Shown: positions 1 to 10,915, counted from the first letter of the stretch. The stretch is 64,000 bases of DNA from Escherichia coli (GCF_022846255.1 NZ_AP025682.1); one strand, 5' to 3'. A program made the numbers and translations. The notes: generated by a model from the letters alone, not told the origin.

Positions 1-2101
1 CCAGTTTCTGTACCGAGACATTCAGCCGTTCGAAGAACAAGCCCCAGGTTTGACCGGAGACGCGCAGCGCCTTGAAGCGCCCGGTTTCCTGGCGGGTGCT
101 GGAAAGACGCAGTTCAATACACTCAGAAACCAGTTGCTGCACGCGAGTACGGATTAACCCGCGCAGATGCTGGCTATAACAGAAGACTTCCACACTATCT
201 GGCGGTGCGGCGTCCTGATGCATTTTGCCGAGAATGGTTTTCAGGGCTTCAATCATCGACTGCTCACCGTTGAAGTGCAGCGTACGCACTTCGTTCCACG
301 AGTTGCGATACAGCAGGTCAACGCTACCCACCAGGCAATTTTGATTCTCGCCAAAGCTGAAGACATCCAGCTTACGGAAATCAAAATGCACCACCTGATT
401 GCGGAAGGCTGCCGTCGGGTCATATTCCAGGTTAACGATAATCGCCAGATGGCGGATCTCACACGGGCTGTAGAGCGCCTTCGGTGTCGGTGCAGGTAAG
501 CGCAGCGGGAAATGGTGCGACACGTCGGCGACCATCTCCTGCAACTTAGGCAAATCGACAATGCCGTTACCTTTAATATACAAGCGGGTGCGCGAGGTCA
601 GCAGGCCGTTAAACCATGCCCACGCCACCAGTTTATTCAGGTAACGGTTATATTCCAGCGGCTGATGGCTGATGATCGACTCAATATTTGGCGCGCGGTT
701 ATACAGATACCAACCTGAACGGTTAGCCCGGCCCGGCGGCACATAAATAAAGGTCAGATTCGGTTCCGAGAGATCGGGTGAAATCTGCGGGTTTACCAGC
801 GTCACTTTACCCGGTAACGCTTCAAACGCGGCGTACAGTTTACGTGTCAGAACACCGATATCCTGCGGGCTGGCGGAAACGCTAAGGTTATTGCGACGCG
901 CAAAGCGGATCAGATTGCGGTAGCTCTGCATCATCGCGTCGAGCAACTCGTTGTGCGCCTCACGCACCTGATCAATCTTCCAGTTAGCGCGATTATCAAG
1001 CATTGCCAGACGAGAATCGTCCCATTCCCACTCTTTCACCAACTGGCTTAACACTTCACGACGCCAGCCTACGCAGGCGCGTTCACGGCTGAGTTTTTCG
1101 CAAACTTTTAAATAGAAGCATCGGCGAACTAAATCCAGACGAGTAAAATCTTCGATCGCCGTCAGATATTCAGTGACGCGCTCCAGCATCATGCAATACG
1201 GGTCGAGACCAAACGACACTATTTCGCCGTCGTGCAAACGCTGTTTGATATCTTTCGCCAGCAGACGTGGGTTCGGGTATTCCCAGGAATAGGCTTCCAG
1301 CAGCAGTGTTTTCAGCACCGCTTTGTATGGGGAATCGATACTCTTGTAGAGCTGCCAAAGGCTGGCACCAAAGTACTCTTCAGCAGAAAGCGAGCTTAAG
1401 CCACCAAGATCCAGCCATTCATTTGGCGTCAACACGCCCTGCGCGTAAAGCGTCATCACATAGTCGTCGTAATGCTCTTCTTCGTCGCACGGCACCATAT
1501 TCCACAGAATACGCTTACCGGCGAGACGCACGGCGGTACGATAAAATTCGTCAAGCAGCAGTATATGCTGGGTGGAGCCACAATCTTCGCCCCCCAGGCT
1601 GCCGCTTTCATTATGACGGAAGCGGTTTTCATCAATCAGGAAGAAGCTGACTTCCACACCCAGCGAGGCGGCCCAGCTTTCCAGCAGACTACATTTACGT
1701 TGTAGCAACTGGCGCTCTTCGCTATCGAGCCAGGATTGATGACAGACCCAGATATCCAGGTCAGAGGAACAACTTTGCCCTACGGACGAGGTGCTGCCCA
1801 TGGTGTATACACCAGTAATTGGAAGCTCACCTTTCGGTGGGTCCTGTACTGACATTCCACGATACAGTTCAAGCTCGTTCAGGTAGTGGCGTTGAGTTTC
1901 ATCAGGCGTGTAAAGGCAAATGCCTTTGGGAACGTTACCATCAAGGTAACCCGGCATTAGCGGATGGTGATAGTGCAACAATGTCGGCAGTAGACTGTAG
2001 ACCTGTTGGAATGCAGGCCCCATAGCAGCAAGCGCGCGATCCACACGCAATTGATTTATGGCATCCAGTCTCTGTTTCAGAGTCTCAATATAGAGGTACA
2101 A
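1..2101 (-). CDS. cyaA: Adenylate cyclase CyaA, 5' portion (N-terminal ~700 codons; 3' end lies beyond window start); TTG start codon
   Basis: Minus-strand translation from TTG at 2101 reads [13 protein letters not shown]...; no in-frame stop to position 1 (no closed ORF in this frame in the track); divergent from hemC as in E. coli. Confidence 0.88.
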   Translation of the reverse strand, partial: MYLYIETLKQRLDAINQLRVDRALAAMGPAFQQVYSLLPTLLHYHHPLMPGYLDGNVPKGICLYTPDETQRHYLNELELYRGMSVQDPPKGELPITGVYTMGSTSSVGQSCSSDLDIWVCHQSWLDSEERQLLQRKCSLLESWAASLGVEVSFFLIDENRFRHNESGSLGGEDCGSTQHILLLDEFYRTAVRLAGKRILWNMVPCDEEEHYDDYVMTLYAQGVLTPNEWLDLGGLSSLSAEEYFGASLWQLYKSIDSPYKAVLKTLLLEAYSWEYPNPRLLAKDIKQRLHDGEIVSFGLDPYCMMLERVTEYLTAIEDFTRLDLVRRCFYLKVCEKLSRERACVGWRREVLSQLVKEWEWDDSRLAMLDNRANWKIDQVREAHNELLDAMMQSYRNLIRFARRNNLSVSASPQDIGVLTRKLYAAFEALPGKVTLVNPQISPDLSEPNLTFIYVPPGRANRSGWYLYNRAPNIESIISHQPLEYNRYLNKLVAWAWFNGLLTSRTRLYIKGNGIVDLPKLQEMVADVSHHFPLRLPAPTPKALYSPCEIRHLAIIVNLEYDPTAAFRNQVVHFDFRKLDVFSFGENQNCLVGSVDLLYRNSWNEVRTLHFNGEQSMIEALKTILGKMHQDAAPPDSVEVFCYSQHLRGLIRTRVQQLVSECIELRLSSTRQETGRFKALRVSGQTWGLFFERLNVSVQKL

Positions 2102-2487
2102 GACGTATCGCCTGATTTGCTACCCGTCATGACTGTGATTCCGCCAACATCAACGGTAACACGCGGCATTCGGGATATTTCGTATGTCAAAGGTAACCGT
2201 TACCACTTTTCGCGCCTGGTTTTTTTAGTTTCACGACGAAAAAATGGTCTAAAACGTGATCAATTTAACACCTTGCTGATTGACCGTAAAGAAAGATGCG
2301 CTACATACAAGTGTAGCACCGTTTATTCTCTGTAAATTCCTTATTACGAAGGCTCAAAGCGCCTGTCAGGATCCACTGCCAGACCTCATTTTACGGTTTG
2401 CGCAGGCGTCTACGTTTCACCACAACACTGACATCGCTCTGGCAAGGATGTTAGGATGGACCACGGATGATAATGACGGTAACAAGC
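2102..2487. promoter_or_regulatory. cyaA-hemC divergent intergenic region (cyaA and hemC promoters expected here)
   Basis: 386-bp noncoding gap between divergent cyaA and hemC starts; individual promoter elements not resolved by eye. Confidence 0.4.
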
Positions 2488-3429
2488 ATGTTAGACAATG
2501 TTTTAAGAATTGCCACACGCCAAAGCCCACTTGCACTCTGGCAGGCACACTATGTCAAAGACAAGTTGATGGCGAGCCATCCGGGCCTGGTCGTTGAACT
2601 GGTACCGATGGTGACGCGCGGCGATGTGATTCTTGATACGCCGCTGGCGAAAGTAGGCGGAAAAGGCTTATTTGTGAAAGAGCTGGAAGTCGCGCTCCTC
2701 GAAAATCGCGCCGATATCGCCGTACATTCAATGAAAGATGTGCCGGTTGAATTCCCGCAAGGTCTGGGGCTGGTCACCATTTGCAAGCGCGAAGATCCCC
2801 GCGATGCCTTTGTATCCAACACCTATGACAGTCTGGATGCGTTACCGGCAGGCAGTATCGTCGGGACGTCCAGTTTACGTCGCCAGTGCCAACTGGCTGA
2901 ACGCCGCCCGGATCTGATTATCCGCTCCCTGCGCGGCAACGTCGGCACTCGTCTGAGCAAACTGGATAACGGCGAATATGATGCCATCATTCTTGCCGTA
3001 GCCGGACTAAAACGTTTAGGTCTGGAGTCCCGCATTCGCGCCGCGTTGCCACCCGAGATTTCTCTTCCGGCGGTAGGGCAAGGTGCGGTGGGCATTGAAT
3101 GCCGCCTTGATGATGCACGCACTCGCGAGCTGCTCGCCGCGCTGAATCACCACGAAACTGCACTGCGCGTTACCGCCGAACGCGCCATGAATACCCGTCT
3201 CGAAGGCGGATGTCAGGTGCCAATTGGTAGCTACGCCGAGCTTATTGATGGCGAAATCTGGCTGCGTGCGTTGGTTGGCGCGCCGGACGGTTCGCAGATT
3301 ATTCGCGGTGAACGCCGCGGTGCGCCGCAAGATGCCGAACAAATGGGGATTTCGCTGGCAGAAGAGCTACTGAATAACGGCGCGCGCGAGATCCTCGCTG
3401 AAGTCTATAACGGAGACGCCCCGGCATGA
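2488..3429 (+). CDS. hemC: Porphobilinogen deaminase (hydroxymethylbilane synthase)
   Basis: ORF 2467..3429; product matches HemC from [19 protein letters not shown] (third in-frame ATG at 2488), 313 aa. Confidence 0.95.
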   Translation: MLDNVLRIATRQSPLALWQAHYVKDKLMASHPGLVVELVPMVTRGDVILDTPLAKVGGKGLFVKELEVALLENRADIAVHSMKDVPVEFPQGLGLVTICKREDPRDAFVSNTYDSLDALPAGSIVGTSSLRRQCQLAERRPDLIIRSLRGNVGTRLSKLDNGEYDAIILAVAGLKRLGLESRIRAALPPEISLPAVGQGAVGIECRLDDARTRELLAALNHHETALRVTAERAMNTRLEGGCQVPIGSYAELIDGEIWLRALVGAPDGSQIIRGERRGAPQDAEQMGISLAEELLNNGAREILAEVYNGDAPA

Positions 3430-4166
3430 GTATCCTGGTCACCCGTCCGTCTCCCGCAGGAGAAGAGTTAGTGAGCCGTCTGCGCACACTGGGGCAGGTG
3501 GCCTGGCATTTTCCGCTGATTGAGTTTTCTCCGGGTCGACAATTACCGCAACTTGCTGATCAACTGGCAGCGCTGGGAGAGAGCGATCTGTTGTTTGCCC
3601 TCTCGCAACACGCGGTTGCTTTTGCCCAATCACAGCTGCATCAGCAAGATCGTAAATGGCCCCGACTACCTACTTATTTCGCCATTGGACGCACCACCGC
3701 GCTGGCACTACATACCGTAAGCGGACAGAAGATTCTCTACCCGCAGGATCGGGAAATCAGCGAAGTCTTGCTACAATTACCTGAATTACAAAATATTGCG
3801 GGCAAACGTGCGCTGATATTACGTGGCAATGGCGGTCGTGAGCTAATTAGGGATTCCCTGACGGCGCGCGGTGCTGAGGTCACTTTTTGTGAATGTTATC
3901 AACGATGCGCAATCCATTACGATGGTGCAGAAGAAGCGATGCGCTGGCAATCCCGCGAGGTGACGACGGTCGTTGTTACCAGCGGTGAAATGTTGCAGCA
4001 ACTCTGGTCGCTGATCCCACAATGGTATCGTGAGCACTGGTTACTACGCTGTCGACTATTAGTCGTCAGTGAGCGTTTGGCGAAACTCGCCCGGGAACTG
4101 GGCTGGCAAGACATTAAGGTCGCCGATAACGCTGATAACGATGCGCTTTTACGGGCATTACAATAA
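3426..4166 (+). CDS. hemD: Uroporphyrinogen-III synthase
   Basis: 246-aa ORF; ATGA start/stop overlap with hemC; matches HemD. Confidence 0.95.
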   Translation: MSILVTRPSPAGEELVSRLRTLGQVAWHFPLIEFSPGRQLPQLADQLAALGESDLLFALSQHAVAFAQSQLHQQDRKWPRLPTYFAIGRTTALALHTVSGQKILYPQDREISEVLLQLPELQNIAGKRALILRGNGGRELIRDSLTARGAEVTFCECYQRCAIHYDGAEEAMRWQSREVTTVVVTSGEMLQQLWSLIPQWYREHWLLRCRLLVVSERLAKLARELGWQDIKVADNADNDALLRALQ

Positions 4167-4187
4167 CTCTCATAACAGGAAGCCATA

Positions 4188-5423
4188 ATGACGGAACAAG
4201 AAAAAACCTCCGCCGTGGTTGAAGAGACCAGGGAGGCCGTGGACACCACGTCACAACCTGTCGCAACAGAAAAAAAGAGTAAGAACAATACCGCATTGAT
4301 TCTCAGCGCGGTGGCTATCGCTATTGCTCTGGCGGCGGGCGTCGGTTTGTATGGCTGGGGTAAACAACAGGCCGTCAATCAGACTGCCACCAGCGATGCC
4401 CTGGCTAACCAACTTACGGCACTGCAAAAAGCCCAGGAGAGCCAAAAAGCCGAGCTGGAAGGCATTATCAAGCAACAAGCTGTACAGCTTGAGCAGGCGA
4501 ATCGTCAGCAAGAAACGCTGGCAAAACAGCTGGATGAAGTCCAACAAAAGGTCGCCACCATTTCCGGCAGCGATGCTAAAACCTGGCTGCTGGCCCAGGC
4601 CGATTTTCTGGTGAAACTCGCCGGACGGAAGCTGTGGAGCGATCAGGACGTCACGACCGCTGCAGCGTTGCTGAAAAGTGCAGACGCCAGCCTGGCGGAT
4701 ATGAATGACCCGAGTCTGATTACCGTTCGCCGGGCAATTACCGATGATATCGCCAGCCTTTCTGCGGTATCGCAGGTGGATTATGACGGTATCATCCTTA
4801 AGCTTAATCAGCTTTCAAATCAGGTAGATAATCTGCGTCTGGCCGATAATGACAGCGATGGTTCGCCGATGGATTCCGACGGTGAAGAGCTTTCCAGTTC
4901 CATCAGCGAATGGCGTATCAATCTGCAAAAAAGCTGGCAGAACTTTATGGACAACTTCATTACGATTCGCCGTCGTGATGACACCGCCGTACCGCTGTTA
5001 GCGCCAAATCAGGATATCTATCTGCGCGAAAATATTCGCTCTCGCCTGCTGGTCGCAGCACAAGCTGTACCGCGTCACCAGGAAGAGACTTATCGCCAAG
5101 CGCTGGAGAACGTCTCCACCTGGGTACGTGCTTACTACGATACTGATGATGCCACCACCAAAGCGTTCCTCGACGAGGTGGACCAGTTAAGCCAGCAAAA
5201 TATCTCGATGGATCTTCCGGAAACCCTGCAAAGCCAGGCGATGCTGGAAAAATTGATGCAGACCCGCGTGCGTAACCTGCTGGCACAACCGGCAGCAGGG
5301 ACAACGGAAGCTAAACCTGCACCTGCACCTGCACCTGCACCTGCACCTGCACCTGCACCTGCACCTGCACCTGCACCTGCACCGCAAGCTGATGCTCCGG
5401 CAGCCGCGCCGCAAGGAGAATAA
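4188..5423 (+). CDS. hemX: HemX (uroporphyrinogen-III methyltransferase homolog / membrane protein) with C-terminal (Pro-Ala)11 tract
   Basis: 411-aa ORF following hemD; N-terminal TM segment, coiled-coil-like Q/A-rich region, C-terminal PAPAPA repeat. Confidence 0.9.
   Translation: MTEQEKTSAVVEETREAVDTTSQPVATEKKSKNNTALILSAVAIAIALAAGVGLYGWGKQQAVNQTATSDALANQLTALQKAQESQKAELEGIIKQQAVQLEQANRQQETLAKQLDEVQQKVATISGSDAKTWLLAQADFLVKLAGRKLWSDQDVTTAAALLKSADASLADMNDPSLITVRRAITDDIASLSAVSQVDYDGIILKLNQLSNQVDNLRLADNDSDGSPMDSDGEELSSSISEWRINLQKSWQNFMDNFITIRRRDDTAVPLLAPNQDIYLRENIRSRLLVAAQAVPRHQEETYRQALENVSTWVRAYYDTDDATTKAFLDEVDQLSQQNISMDLPETLQSQAMLEKLMQTRVRNLLAQPAAGTTEAKPAPAPAPAPAPAPAPAPAPAPAPQADAPAAAPQGE
5316..5381 (+). 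repeat. Perfect tandem hexanucleotide repeat (CCTGCA)x11 inside hemX 3' end
   Basis: Directly visible: cctgca repeated 11 times, in frame, encoding (PA)11. Confidence 0.97.
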
Positions 5424-5425
5424 CC

Positions 5426-6622
5426 ATGCTAAAAGTGTTATTGCTCTTTGTGTTGCTGATTGCGGGGATCGTGGTTGGCCCGATGATTGCCGGCCATCAG
5501 GGTTACGTGCTGATCCAGACCGACAACTACAATATTGAAACTAGCGTCACGGGCCTCGCGATTATTTTGATTCTGGCGATGGTAGTGCTGTTTGCCATTG
5601 AGTGGCTACTGCGGCGAATCTTCCGCACAGGCGCGCACACCCGTGGGTGGTTTGTCGGACGTAAGCGTCGCCGTGCACGTAAGCAGACCGAACAGGCGCT
5701 GCTGAAACTGGCGGAAGGCGATTATCAGCAAGTTGAAAAGTTGATGGCGAAAAATGCCGATCACGCTGAACAACCGGTGGTGAACTATCTACTGGCAGCC
5801 GAAGCCGCGCAACAACGTGGTGATGAAGCACGCGCCAACCAACATCTGGAACGCGCAGCGGAGCTGGCCGGCAATGACACCATTCCGGTAGAAATCACCC
5901 GTGTACGTCTGCAACTGGCCCGTAATGAAAACCATGCAGCACGTCACGGCGTGGATAAGCTGCTGGAAGTTACGCCACGCCATCCGGAAGTATTACGTCT
6001 GGCGGAACAGGCGTATATCCGCACTGGTGCATGGAGTTCGCTGCTGGATATCATCCCATCAATGGCGAAAGCCCATGTTGGTGATGAAGAACATCGTGCA
6101 ATGCTGGAACAACAGGCATGGATTGGCCTGATGGATCAGGCGCGTGCCGATAACGGTAGTGAAGGTTTGCGTAACTGGTGGAAAAACCAAAGCCGGAAAA
6201 CGCGTCATCAGGTGGCCTTGCAGGTGGCAATGGCGGAACATCTTATTGAGTGTGACGATCATGATACTGCCCAGCAAATTATCATCGATGGCCTGAAACG
6301 CCAGTATGACGATCGCCTGCTGCTGCCGATCCCGCGTCTGAAAACCAATAACCCGGAACAGCTGGAAAAAGTGCTGCGCCAACAGATCAAAAACGTGGGC
6401 GATCGCCCGCTGTTGTGGAGCACACTGGGTCAGTCGCTGATGAAACACGGAGAATGGCAGGAAGCATCGCTCGCCTTCCGCGCAGCGCTGAAACAACGTC
6501 CGGACGCCTACGATTACGCATGGCTTGCCGACGCGCTGGACAGACTGCACAAGCCGGAAGAAGCCGCAGCGATGCGTCGCGACGGTTTGATGTTAACGTT
6601 GCAGAACAACCCGCCACAGTAG
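5426..6622 (+). CDS. hemY: HemY (TPR-containing inner-membrane protein of hem operon)
   Basis: 398-aa ORF starting 3 nt after hemX stop; matches HemY. Confidence 0.95.
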   Translation: MLKVLLLFVLLIAGIVVGPMIAGHQGYVLIQTDNYNIETSVTGLAIILILAMVVLFAIEWLLRRIFRTGAHTRGWFVGRKRRRARKQTEQALLKLAEGDYQQVEKLMAKNADHAEQPVVNYLLAAEAAQQRGDEARANQHLERAAELAGNDTIPVEITRVRLQLARNENHAARHGVDKLLEVTPRHPEVLRLAEQAYIRTGAWSSLLDIIPSMAKAHVGDEEHRAMLEQQAWIGLMDQARADNGSEGLRNWWKNQSRKTRHQVALQVAMAEHLIECDDHDTAQQIIIDGLKRQYDDRLLLPIPRLKTNNPEQLEKVLRQQIKNVGDRPLLWSTLGQSLMKHGEWQEASLAFRAALKQRPDAYDYAWLADALDRLHKPEEAAAMRRDGLMLTLQNNPPQ

Positions 6623-6633
6623 CTCTTTCTCAC

Positions 6634-6660
6634 CCGGAGGCAAGCACCTCCGGGGCCTTT
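6634..6660 (+). terminator. Hairpin downstream of hemY (ccggagg-caagca-cctccgg), putative hem operon terminator
   Basis: Perfect 7-bp stem 12 nt after hemY stop followed by T-rich stretch (ctttct). Confidence 0.5.
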
Positions 6661-6669
6661 CTGATATAT

Positions 6670-6876
6670 AAAAAAACGCCTGCTCTTATTACGGAGCAGG
6701 CGTTAAAACAGGTCTGTATGACAACAAGTGGGTGCTTCACTCAACGTTGTGTCCATGGTGTCTGATGAGGCATAAGCGACATCTGTCAGTGGACGATAAG
6801 CACCGTAAACGGCTCTGCGTCATTCCGGAGTTTATGAGGCACTAAGGCGAACATAAGAGATGGAATGAGCATCTAC
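6670..6876 (-). ncRNA. glmZ: Small RNA GlmZ (207 nt) with intrinsic terminator at its 3' end
   Basis: Minus strand reads GUAGAUGCUCAUUCCAUCUCUUAUGUUCGCC...AACGCCUGCUCCGUAAUAAGAGCAGGCGUUUUUUU, matching recalled GlmZ; located between hemY and aslA as in E. coli. Confidence 0.85.
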
Positions 6877-6882
6877 TCGTTT

Positions 6883-6888
6883 ATTATG
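6883..6888 (-). promoter_or_regulatory. Putative glmZ -10 element (TGgCATAAT extended -10) just upstream of the GlmZ 5' end
   Basis: Minus strand ...tctgtggcataataaacg immediately 5' of GUAGAUG; spacing ~6 nt to the RNA 5' end. Confidence 0.5.
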
Positions 6889-7300
6889 CCACAGAGAACC
6901 GGGAAATAACATCCCTTAACACTTGTTATGAGATAATTCTGTAATCCTCTTTGCTTCCTGAGTAATAACTTCCTGAGTGAATATTTCTCCTGCGCACAAT
7001 TCTACACATATATATAATGAATAATAAAAGTCATTCAATTAATAACATATATATTAATTGCCGTTAAAACTAAAAACAGCATCAATAATCAACGCGATAT
7101 AACATCACCGCCTTACATATCACCTGCGCCAGAGGTAGGATTGCAAACGCTCTCCTGATTTTCCAATTCATTTTCTGGATAAATAAATAATTTATTTTTA
7201 TCACTATTATTTATGCAATCATCCTGTCAGGGAGAGGGATCTCAATTATCAATGCTTAATTACGTCATCATTTTGACGACATGAAACCGGAGCATTTTGC

Positions 7301-8956
7301 ATGGAATTTTCGTTTTCACCCAAACTTCTTGTTGTTGCTGTCGCCGCAGCTCTTCCTCTCATAGCCAGCGCAGCAGATACCCCGTCAACCGCCACCGCAC
7401 GCAAAGGCTTTGCCGGATACGATCACCCAAACCAGTATCTGGTTAAACCGGCGACCACTATTGCCGACAACATGATGCCGGTGATGCAGCATCCTGCACA
7501 AGACAAAGAAACCCAGCAGAAACTGGCGGAACTTGAGAAAAAAACCGGTAAGAAACCGAACGTGGTTGTTTTCTTGCTGGATGATGTGGGCTGGATGGAC
7601 GTTGGCTTTAACGGCGGCGGCGTGGCGGTGGGTAACCCTACACCAGATATCGACGCCGTTGCCAGCCAGGGGCTGATTTTAACTTCGGCGTATTCTCAAC
7701 CGAGTTCTTCCCCAACCCGCGCCACGATTCTCACCGGACAATACTCCATCCACCACGGCATTCTGATGCCGCCAATGTACGGGCAACCGGGCGGTCTGCA
7801 AGGGTTAACCACGCTGCCGCAGTTGCTGCACGATCAGGGCTACGTCACTCAGGCCATCGGGAAATGGCATATGGGGGAAAACAAAGAGTCGCAGCCGCAG
7901 AACGTTGGCTTTGATGATTTCCGCGGCTTTAACTCGGTATCCGATATGTATACCGAATGGCGTGATGTTCACGTCAACCCGGAAGTCGCCCTGAGCCCGG
8001 ATCGTTCTGAATACATCCAAAAACTGCCGTTCAGCAAAGATGACGTTCATGCCGTGCGCGGCGGTGAACAGGAAGCCATTGCCGACATTACGCCGAAATA
8101 TATGGAAGACCTGGATCAACGCTGGATGGAATATGGCGTTAAGTTCCTCGACAAGATGGCGAAGAGTGATAAGCCTTTCTTCCTCTATTACGGCACTCGC
8201 GGCTGTCACTTCGATAACTACCCAAATGCGAAATATGCGGGTAGCTCTCCGGCGCGCACCTCTTACGGCGACTGCATGGTGGAGATGAACGATATCTTCG
8301 CCAATCTGTATAAAGCACTGGAGAAAAACGGTCAGCTTGATAACACGCTGATTGTGTTCACCTCTGATAACGGTCCGGAAGCCGAAGTTCCGCCGCACGG
8401 TCGCACGCCGTTCCGCGGTGCGAAAGGTTCTACATGGGAAGGCGGCGTTCGTGTGCCAACCTTCGTTTACTGGAAAGGCATGATCCAACCGCGTAAATCT
8501 GACGGCATTGTCGATCTGGCGGATCTCTTCCCTACGGCACTGGATCTGGCGGGGCACCCTGGGGCGAAAGTAGCGAATTTAGTACCGAAAACCACCTTTA
8601 TCGATGGTGTGGACCAGACATCTTTCTTCCTGGGAACAAATGGTCAGTCTAACCGTAAGGCCGAGCACTACTTCCTCAACGGCAAACTTTCTGCTGTGCG
8701 TATGGATGAGTTCAAGTATCACGTCCTGATCCAGCAACCGTACGCGTATACCCAGAGCGGGTATCAGGGTGGATTCACCGGCACAGTAATGCAAACGGCG
8801 GGATCGTCGGTGTTTAACCTGTACACCGATCCGCAGGAAAGCGACTCCATCGGCGTGCGCCATATCCCAATGGGTGTACCGCTACAGACCGAAATGCACG
8901 CGTATATGGAGATCCTGAAAAAATATCCACCACGCGCGCAGATTAAATCTGATTAA
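7301..8956 (+). CDS. aslA: Arylsulfatase-family protein AslA (periplasmic sulfatase, signal peptide)
   Basis: 551-aa ORF; N-terminal signal sequence; sulfatase motifs; matches AslA. Confidence 0.93.
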   Translation: MEFSFSPKLLVVAVAAALPLIASAADTPSTATARKGFAGYDHPNQYLVKPATTIADNMMPVMQHPAQDKETQQKLAELEKKTGKKPNVVVFLLDDVGWMDVGFNGGGVAVGNPTPDIDAVASQGLILTSAYSQPSSSPTRATILTGQYSIHHGILMPPMYGQPGGLQGLTTLPQLLHDQGYVTQAIGKWHMGENKESQPQNVGFDDFRGFNSVSDMYTEWRDVHVNPEVALSPDRSEYIQKLPFSKDDVHAVRGGEQEAIADITPKYMEDLDQRWMEYGVKFLDKMAKSDKPFFLYYGTRGCHFDNYPNAKYAGSSPARTSYGDCMVEMNDIFANLYKALEKNGQLDNTLIVFTSDNGPEAEVPPHGRTPFRGAKGSTWEGGVRVPTFVYWKGMIQPRKSDGIVDLADLFPTALDLAGHPGAKVANLVPKTTFIDGVDQTSFFLGTNGQSNRKAEHYFLNGKLSAVRMDEFKYHVLIQQPYAYTQSGYQGGFTGTVMQTAGSSVFNLYTDPQESDSIGVRHIPMGVPLQTEMHAYMEILKKYPPRAQIKSD

Positions 8957-8983
8957 GCCGGCGCTATCGCTGAGATCTACCTT

Positions 8984-9012
8984 TGCCGGATGCGATGCTG
9001 ACGCATCCGGCA
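8984..9012. repeat. REP (repetitive extragenic palindromic) element
   Basis: tgccggatgcgatgctgacgcatccggca, the canonical GCCGGATGCG...CGCATCCGGC palindromic unit. Confidence 0.65.
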
Positions 9013-9022
9013 ATCAACCGCA

Positions 9023-9050
9023 GGCGGCCACAAAATGGCCGCTTTTTTAC
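9023..9050 (+). terminator. Intrinsic terminator downstream of aslA (hairpin ggcggcc-acaaaat-ggccgc + T6)
   Basis: GC stem followed by tttttt; overlaps aslB stop codon on the other strand. Confidence 0.6.
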
Positions 9051-10282
9051 TTATTCACCACCAGCAAATGCGCCTGCATAATGTCGCTGGCCGGACGACC
9101 GTGCGCCAGTAAATCAACCATTGCTTTAAGATATGGCGGTAGATGGCGGAAATAACGCTGATACCCGGCACACAAATAATTCAGCCCGGGTTTGCCGCTG
9201 GCATCGAGCATAAAGCGGTGTTTCGGGCAGCCTCCCCAGCACGCTTTTAACACGTTGCAACTGCGACACTGTGCCGGTAACTGCTTGAATTTATCTTCAC
9301 CAAATGCCTGCTGTTGCGGGGAATCAATCATTTCTGCAATCATCTGCTGAAGCATATTCCCTAGTCGATACTGCGGATAAACATAGTGATCGCAGGCATA
9401 AACGTCACCGTTGTGCTCAACAATCACCGAGCGCCCACAGGTTGGCTGATGATGGCAAACCGCGCCCGGTGCGCCGACAAAATTGGCGAACGCCCATTCG
9501 ATATTCATTACGAAAATCTTGCCGACGTCGCGCTTAATCCAGTGGTCGAAAATCGCCACCAGAAACTCACCGAACTCTTGCGGGCACACCGACCATTCCG
9601 TCAGTTCGCCCTGAATATCGCCGGGAGCATGTAGCTTAAGTCCAGCATGAGCAGCCGTTTCATCAGCCAGGCGCTCGACCACCGGAATAAACTGGATGAA
9701 CTCAACACCTGCATCACACAGAAAATCATAGACTTGCAAAGGTTGTAACGCACTGGTGCGATTGACGCAGACCAGCACGTTATAGTCGACATGATGTTTT
9801 TGCAGGAGCGTCAGAGCACGCATCACCAGCTTATGCGTTGGTCTGCCACCTTTGGTCACGCGATATTGATTGTGGATCTCAGCCGGACCATCCAGCGATA
9901 ACCCTACAAGAAAATGATTTTCTGCCAGAAATGCACACCATTCGTCATCGAGCAGCACGCCGTTAGTCTGGAAGCTATTACTTATCTTCCTGCCAGCACC
10001 ATATTTCGCCTGTAGCGCCACGGCACGGCGGTAAAAATCCAGCCCGAGTAACGTTGGTTCGCCGCCCTGCCAGGTAAAAGCCACTTCGTTTTGGGTTTCG
10101 CTGGCAGCGATATAGTGACGGACATACGCTTCCAGCGTGTCATCGTCCATATGCGTGACTGGCTTTTCGTGGTAAAGGGATTGTTTTTCGAGATAAAAAC
10201 AGTAGTCACAGTTCAGATTACAATCAGAACCGCTCGGTTTCGCCATCACATGAAAAGCACGCGTTGGAACCTGTTGCTGCAT
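9047..10282 (-). CDS. aslB: Anaerobic sulfatase-maturating enzyme homolog (radical SAM, CxxxCxxC)
   Basis: ORF 9047..10312; start taken at MQQQVPTRAFHVMAKPSGSDCNLNCDYCFY (411 aa), radical-SAM Cys motif visible; alternative upstream ATG at 10312. Confidence 0.88.
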   Translation of the reverse strand: MQQQVPTRAFHVMAKPSGSDCNLNCDYCFYLEKQSLYHEKPVTHMDDDTLEAYVRHYIAASETQNEVAFTWQGGEPTLLGLDFYRRAVALQAKYGAGRKISNSFQTNGVLLDDEWCAFLAENHFLVGLSLDGPAEIHNQYRVTKGGRPTHKLVMRALTLLQKHHVDYNVLVCVNRTSALQPLQVYDFLCDAGVEFIQFIPVVERLADETAAHAGLKLHAPGDIQGELTEWSVCPQEFGEFLVAIFDHWIKRDVGKIFVMNIEWAFANFVGAPGAVCHHQPTCGRSVIVEHNGDVYACDHYVYPQYRLGNMLQQMIAEMIDSPQQQAFGEDKFKQLPAQCRSCNVLKACWGGCPKHRFMLDASGKPGLNYLCAGYQRYFRHLPPYLKAMVDLLAHGRPASDIMQAHLLVVNK

Positions 10283-10395
10283 GGTCGCTCCTTGCCTGAA
10301 GTCATCCTTCAATAAGTTAAGGGCGAAATCATACCGTGGCGCAATACGTTATTACGGGCGTTTATTGCGAAGGGAAAGTGACGAAATGCACAGAA

Positions 10396-10427
10396 AACAA
10401 AAAACCCCGCCGAAGCGGGGTTCAAAA
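10396..10427 (-). terminator. Intrinsic terminator of the argX-hisR-leuT-proM tRNA operon
   Basis: Minus strand: hairpin ccccgc-ttcg-gcgggg followed by tttttt immediately 3' of tRNA-Pro. Confidence 0.75.
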
Positions 10428-10428
10428 T

Positions 10429-10505
10429 TGGTCGGCGAGAGAGGATTCGAACCTCCGACCCACTGGTCCCAAACCAGTTGCGCTACCAAGCTGCGCTACT
10501 CGCCG
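10429..10505 (-). tRNA. proM: tRNA-Pro (anticodon UGG)
   Basis: Reverse complement is a 77-nt tRNA with anticodon loop UUUGGGA and CCA end; matches E. coli proM. Confidence 0.96.
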
Positions 10506-10547
10506 AAATACTGCTTTTTGAATTTTTAGTTCAATTCTTTAAAGTCG

Positions 10548-10634
10548 TGGTGCGAGGGGGGGGACTTGAACCCCCACGTCCGTAAGGACACTAACACCTG
10601 AAGCTAGCGCGTCTACCAATTCCGCCACCTTCGC
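10548..10634 (-). tRNA. leuT: tRNA-Leu (anticodon CAG), long variable arm
   Basis: 87-nt tRNA on minus strand, anticodon CAG, CCA encoded. Confidence 0.96.
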
Positions 10635-10654
10635 ATTGTCACAACTTCTAATAA

Positions 10655-10731
10655 TGGGGTGGCTAATGGGATTCGAACCCACGACAACTGGAATCACAAT
10701 CCAGGGCTCTACCAACTGAGCTATAGCCACC
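10655..10731 (-). tRNA. hisR: tRNA-His (anticodon GUG) with extra 5' G(-1)
   Basis: 77-nt tRNA on minus strand, anticodon loop AUUGUGA. Confidence 0.96.
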
Positions 10732-10788
10732 ACTACAAATCTTGTTACGCGGTATTACTACCACCGCAGCTCAAGCGCCGGGACTAAA

Positions 10789-10865
<77 letters not shown>

Positions 10866-10886
10866 TTAGCGCCGTTGCGGGGGTGG

Positions 10887-10915
10887 ATAATACGGACTTC
10901 CCACCCCTCTGTCTA
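10887..10915 (-). promoter_or_regulatory. Putative sigma70 promoter of the argX tRNA operon (-35 TAGACA, 17-bp spacer, -10 TATTAT, GC-rich discriminator)
   Basis: Minus strand tagacagaggggtgggaagtccgTATTATccacccccgc just upstream of argX; AT-rich UP-like tract further upstream. Confidence 0.5.

Noticed and set aside
167-2335. Several plus-strand ORFs of 60-130 aa (167..499, 512..718, 1267..1650, 1472..1705, 1819..2025, 2006..2335)
   Set aside because: They lie antisense to, or at the start of, cyaA, which is a well-supported long ORF on the minus strand. They have no recognisable ribosome-binding sites or protein features.
5316-5381. Possibility that the regular short repeat array is a CRISPR array or minisatellite outside a gene
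   Set aside because: It is a 6-bp perfect tandem repeat with no spacers, and it lies in frame inside hemX. It is a coding simple-sequence repeat, not CRISPR.
8984-9012. Possibility that the REP palindromes (8984..9012 and 30503..30535) are IS or MITE ends
   Set aside because: They are single short palindromic units with no transposase ORF or terminal inverted-repeat partner nearby; they are ordinary REP elements.
10281-10733. ORFs overlapping the tRNA cluster (10281..10529 +, 10336..10521 +, 10539..10733 -)
   Set aside because: The region is fully accounted for by four tRNA genes and their terminator; the ORFs are read across tRNA sequence.
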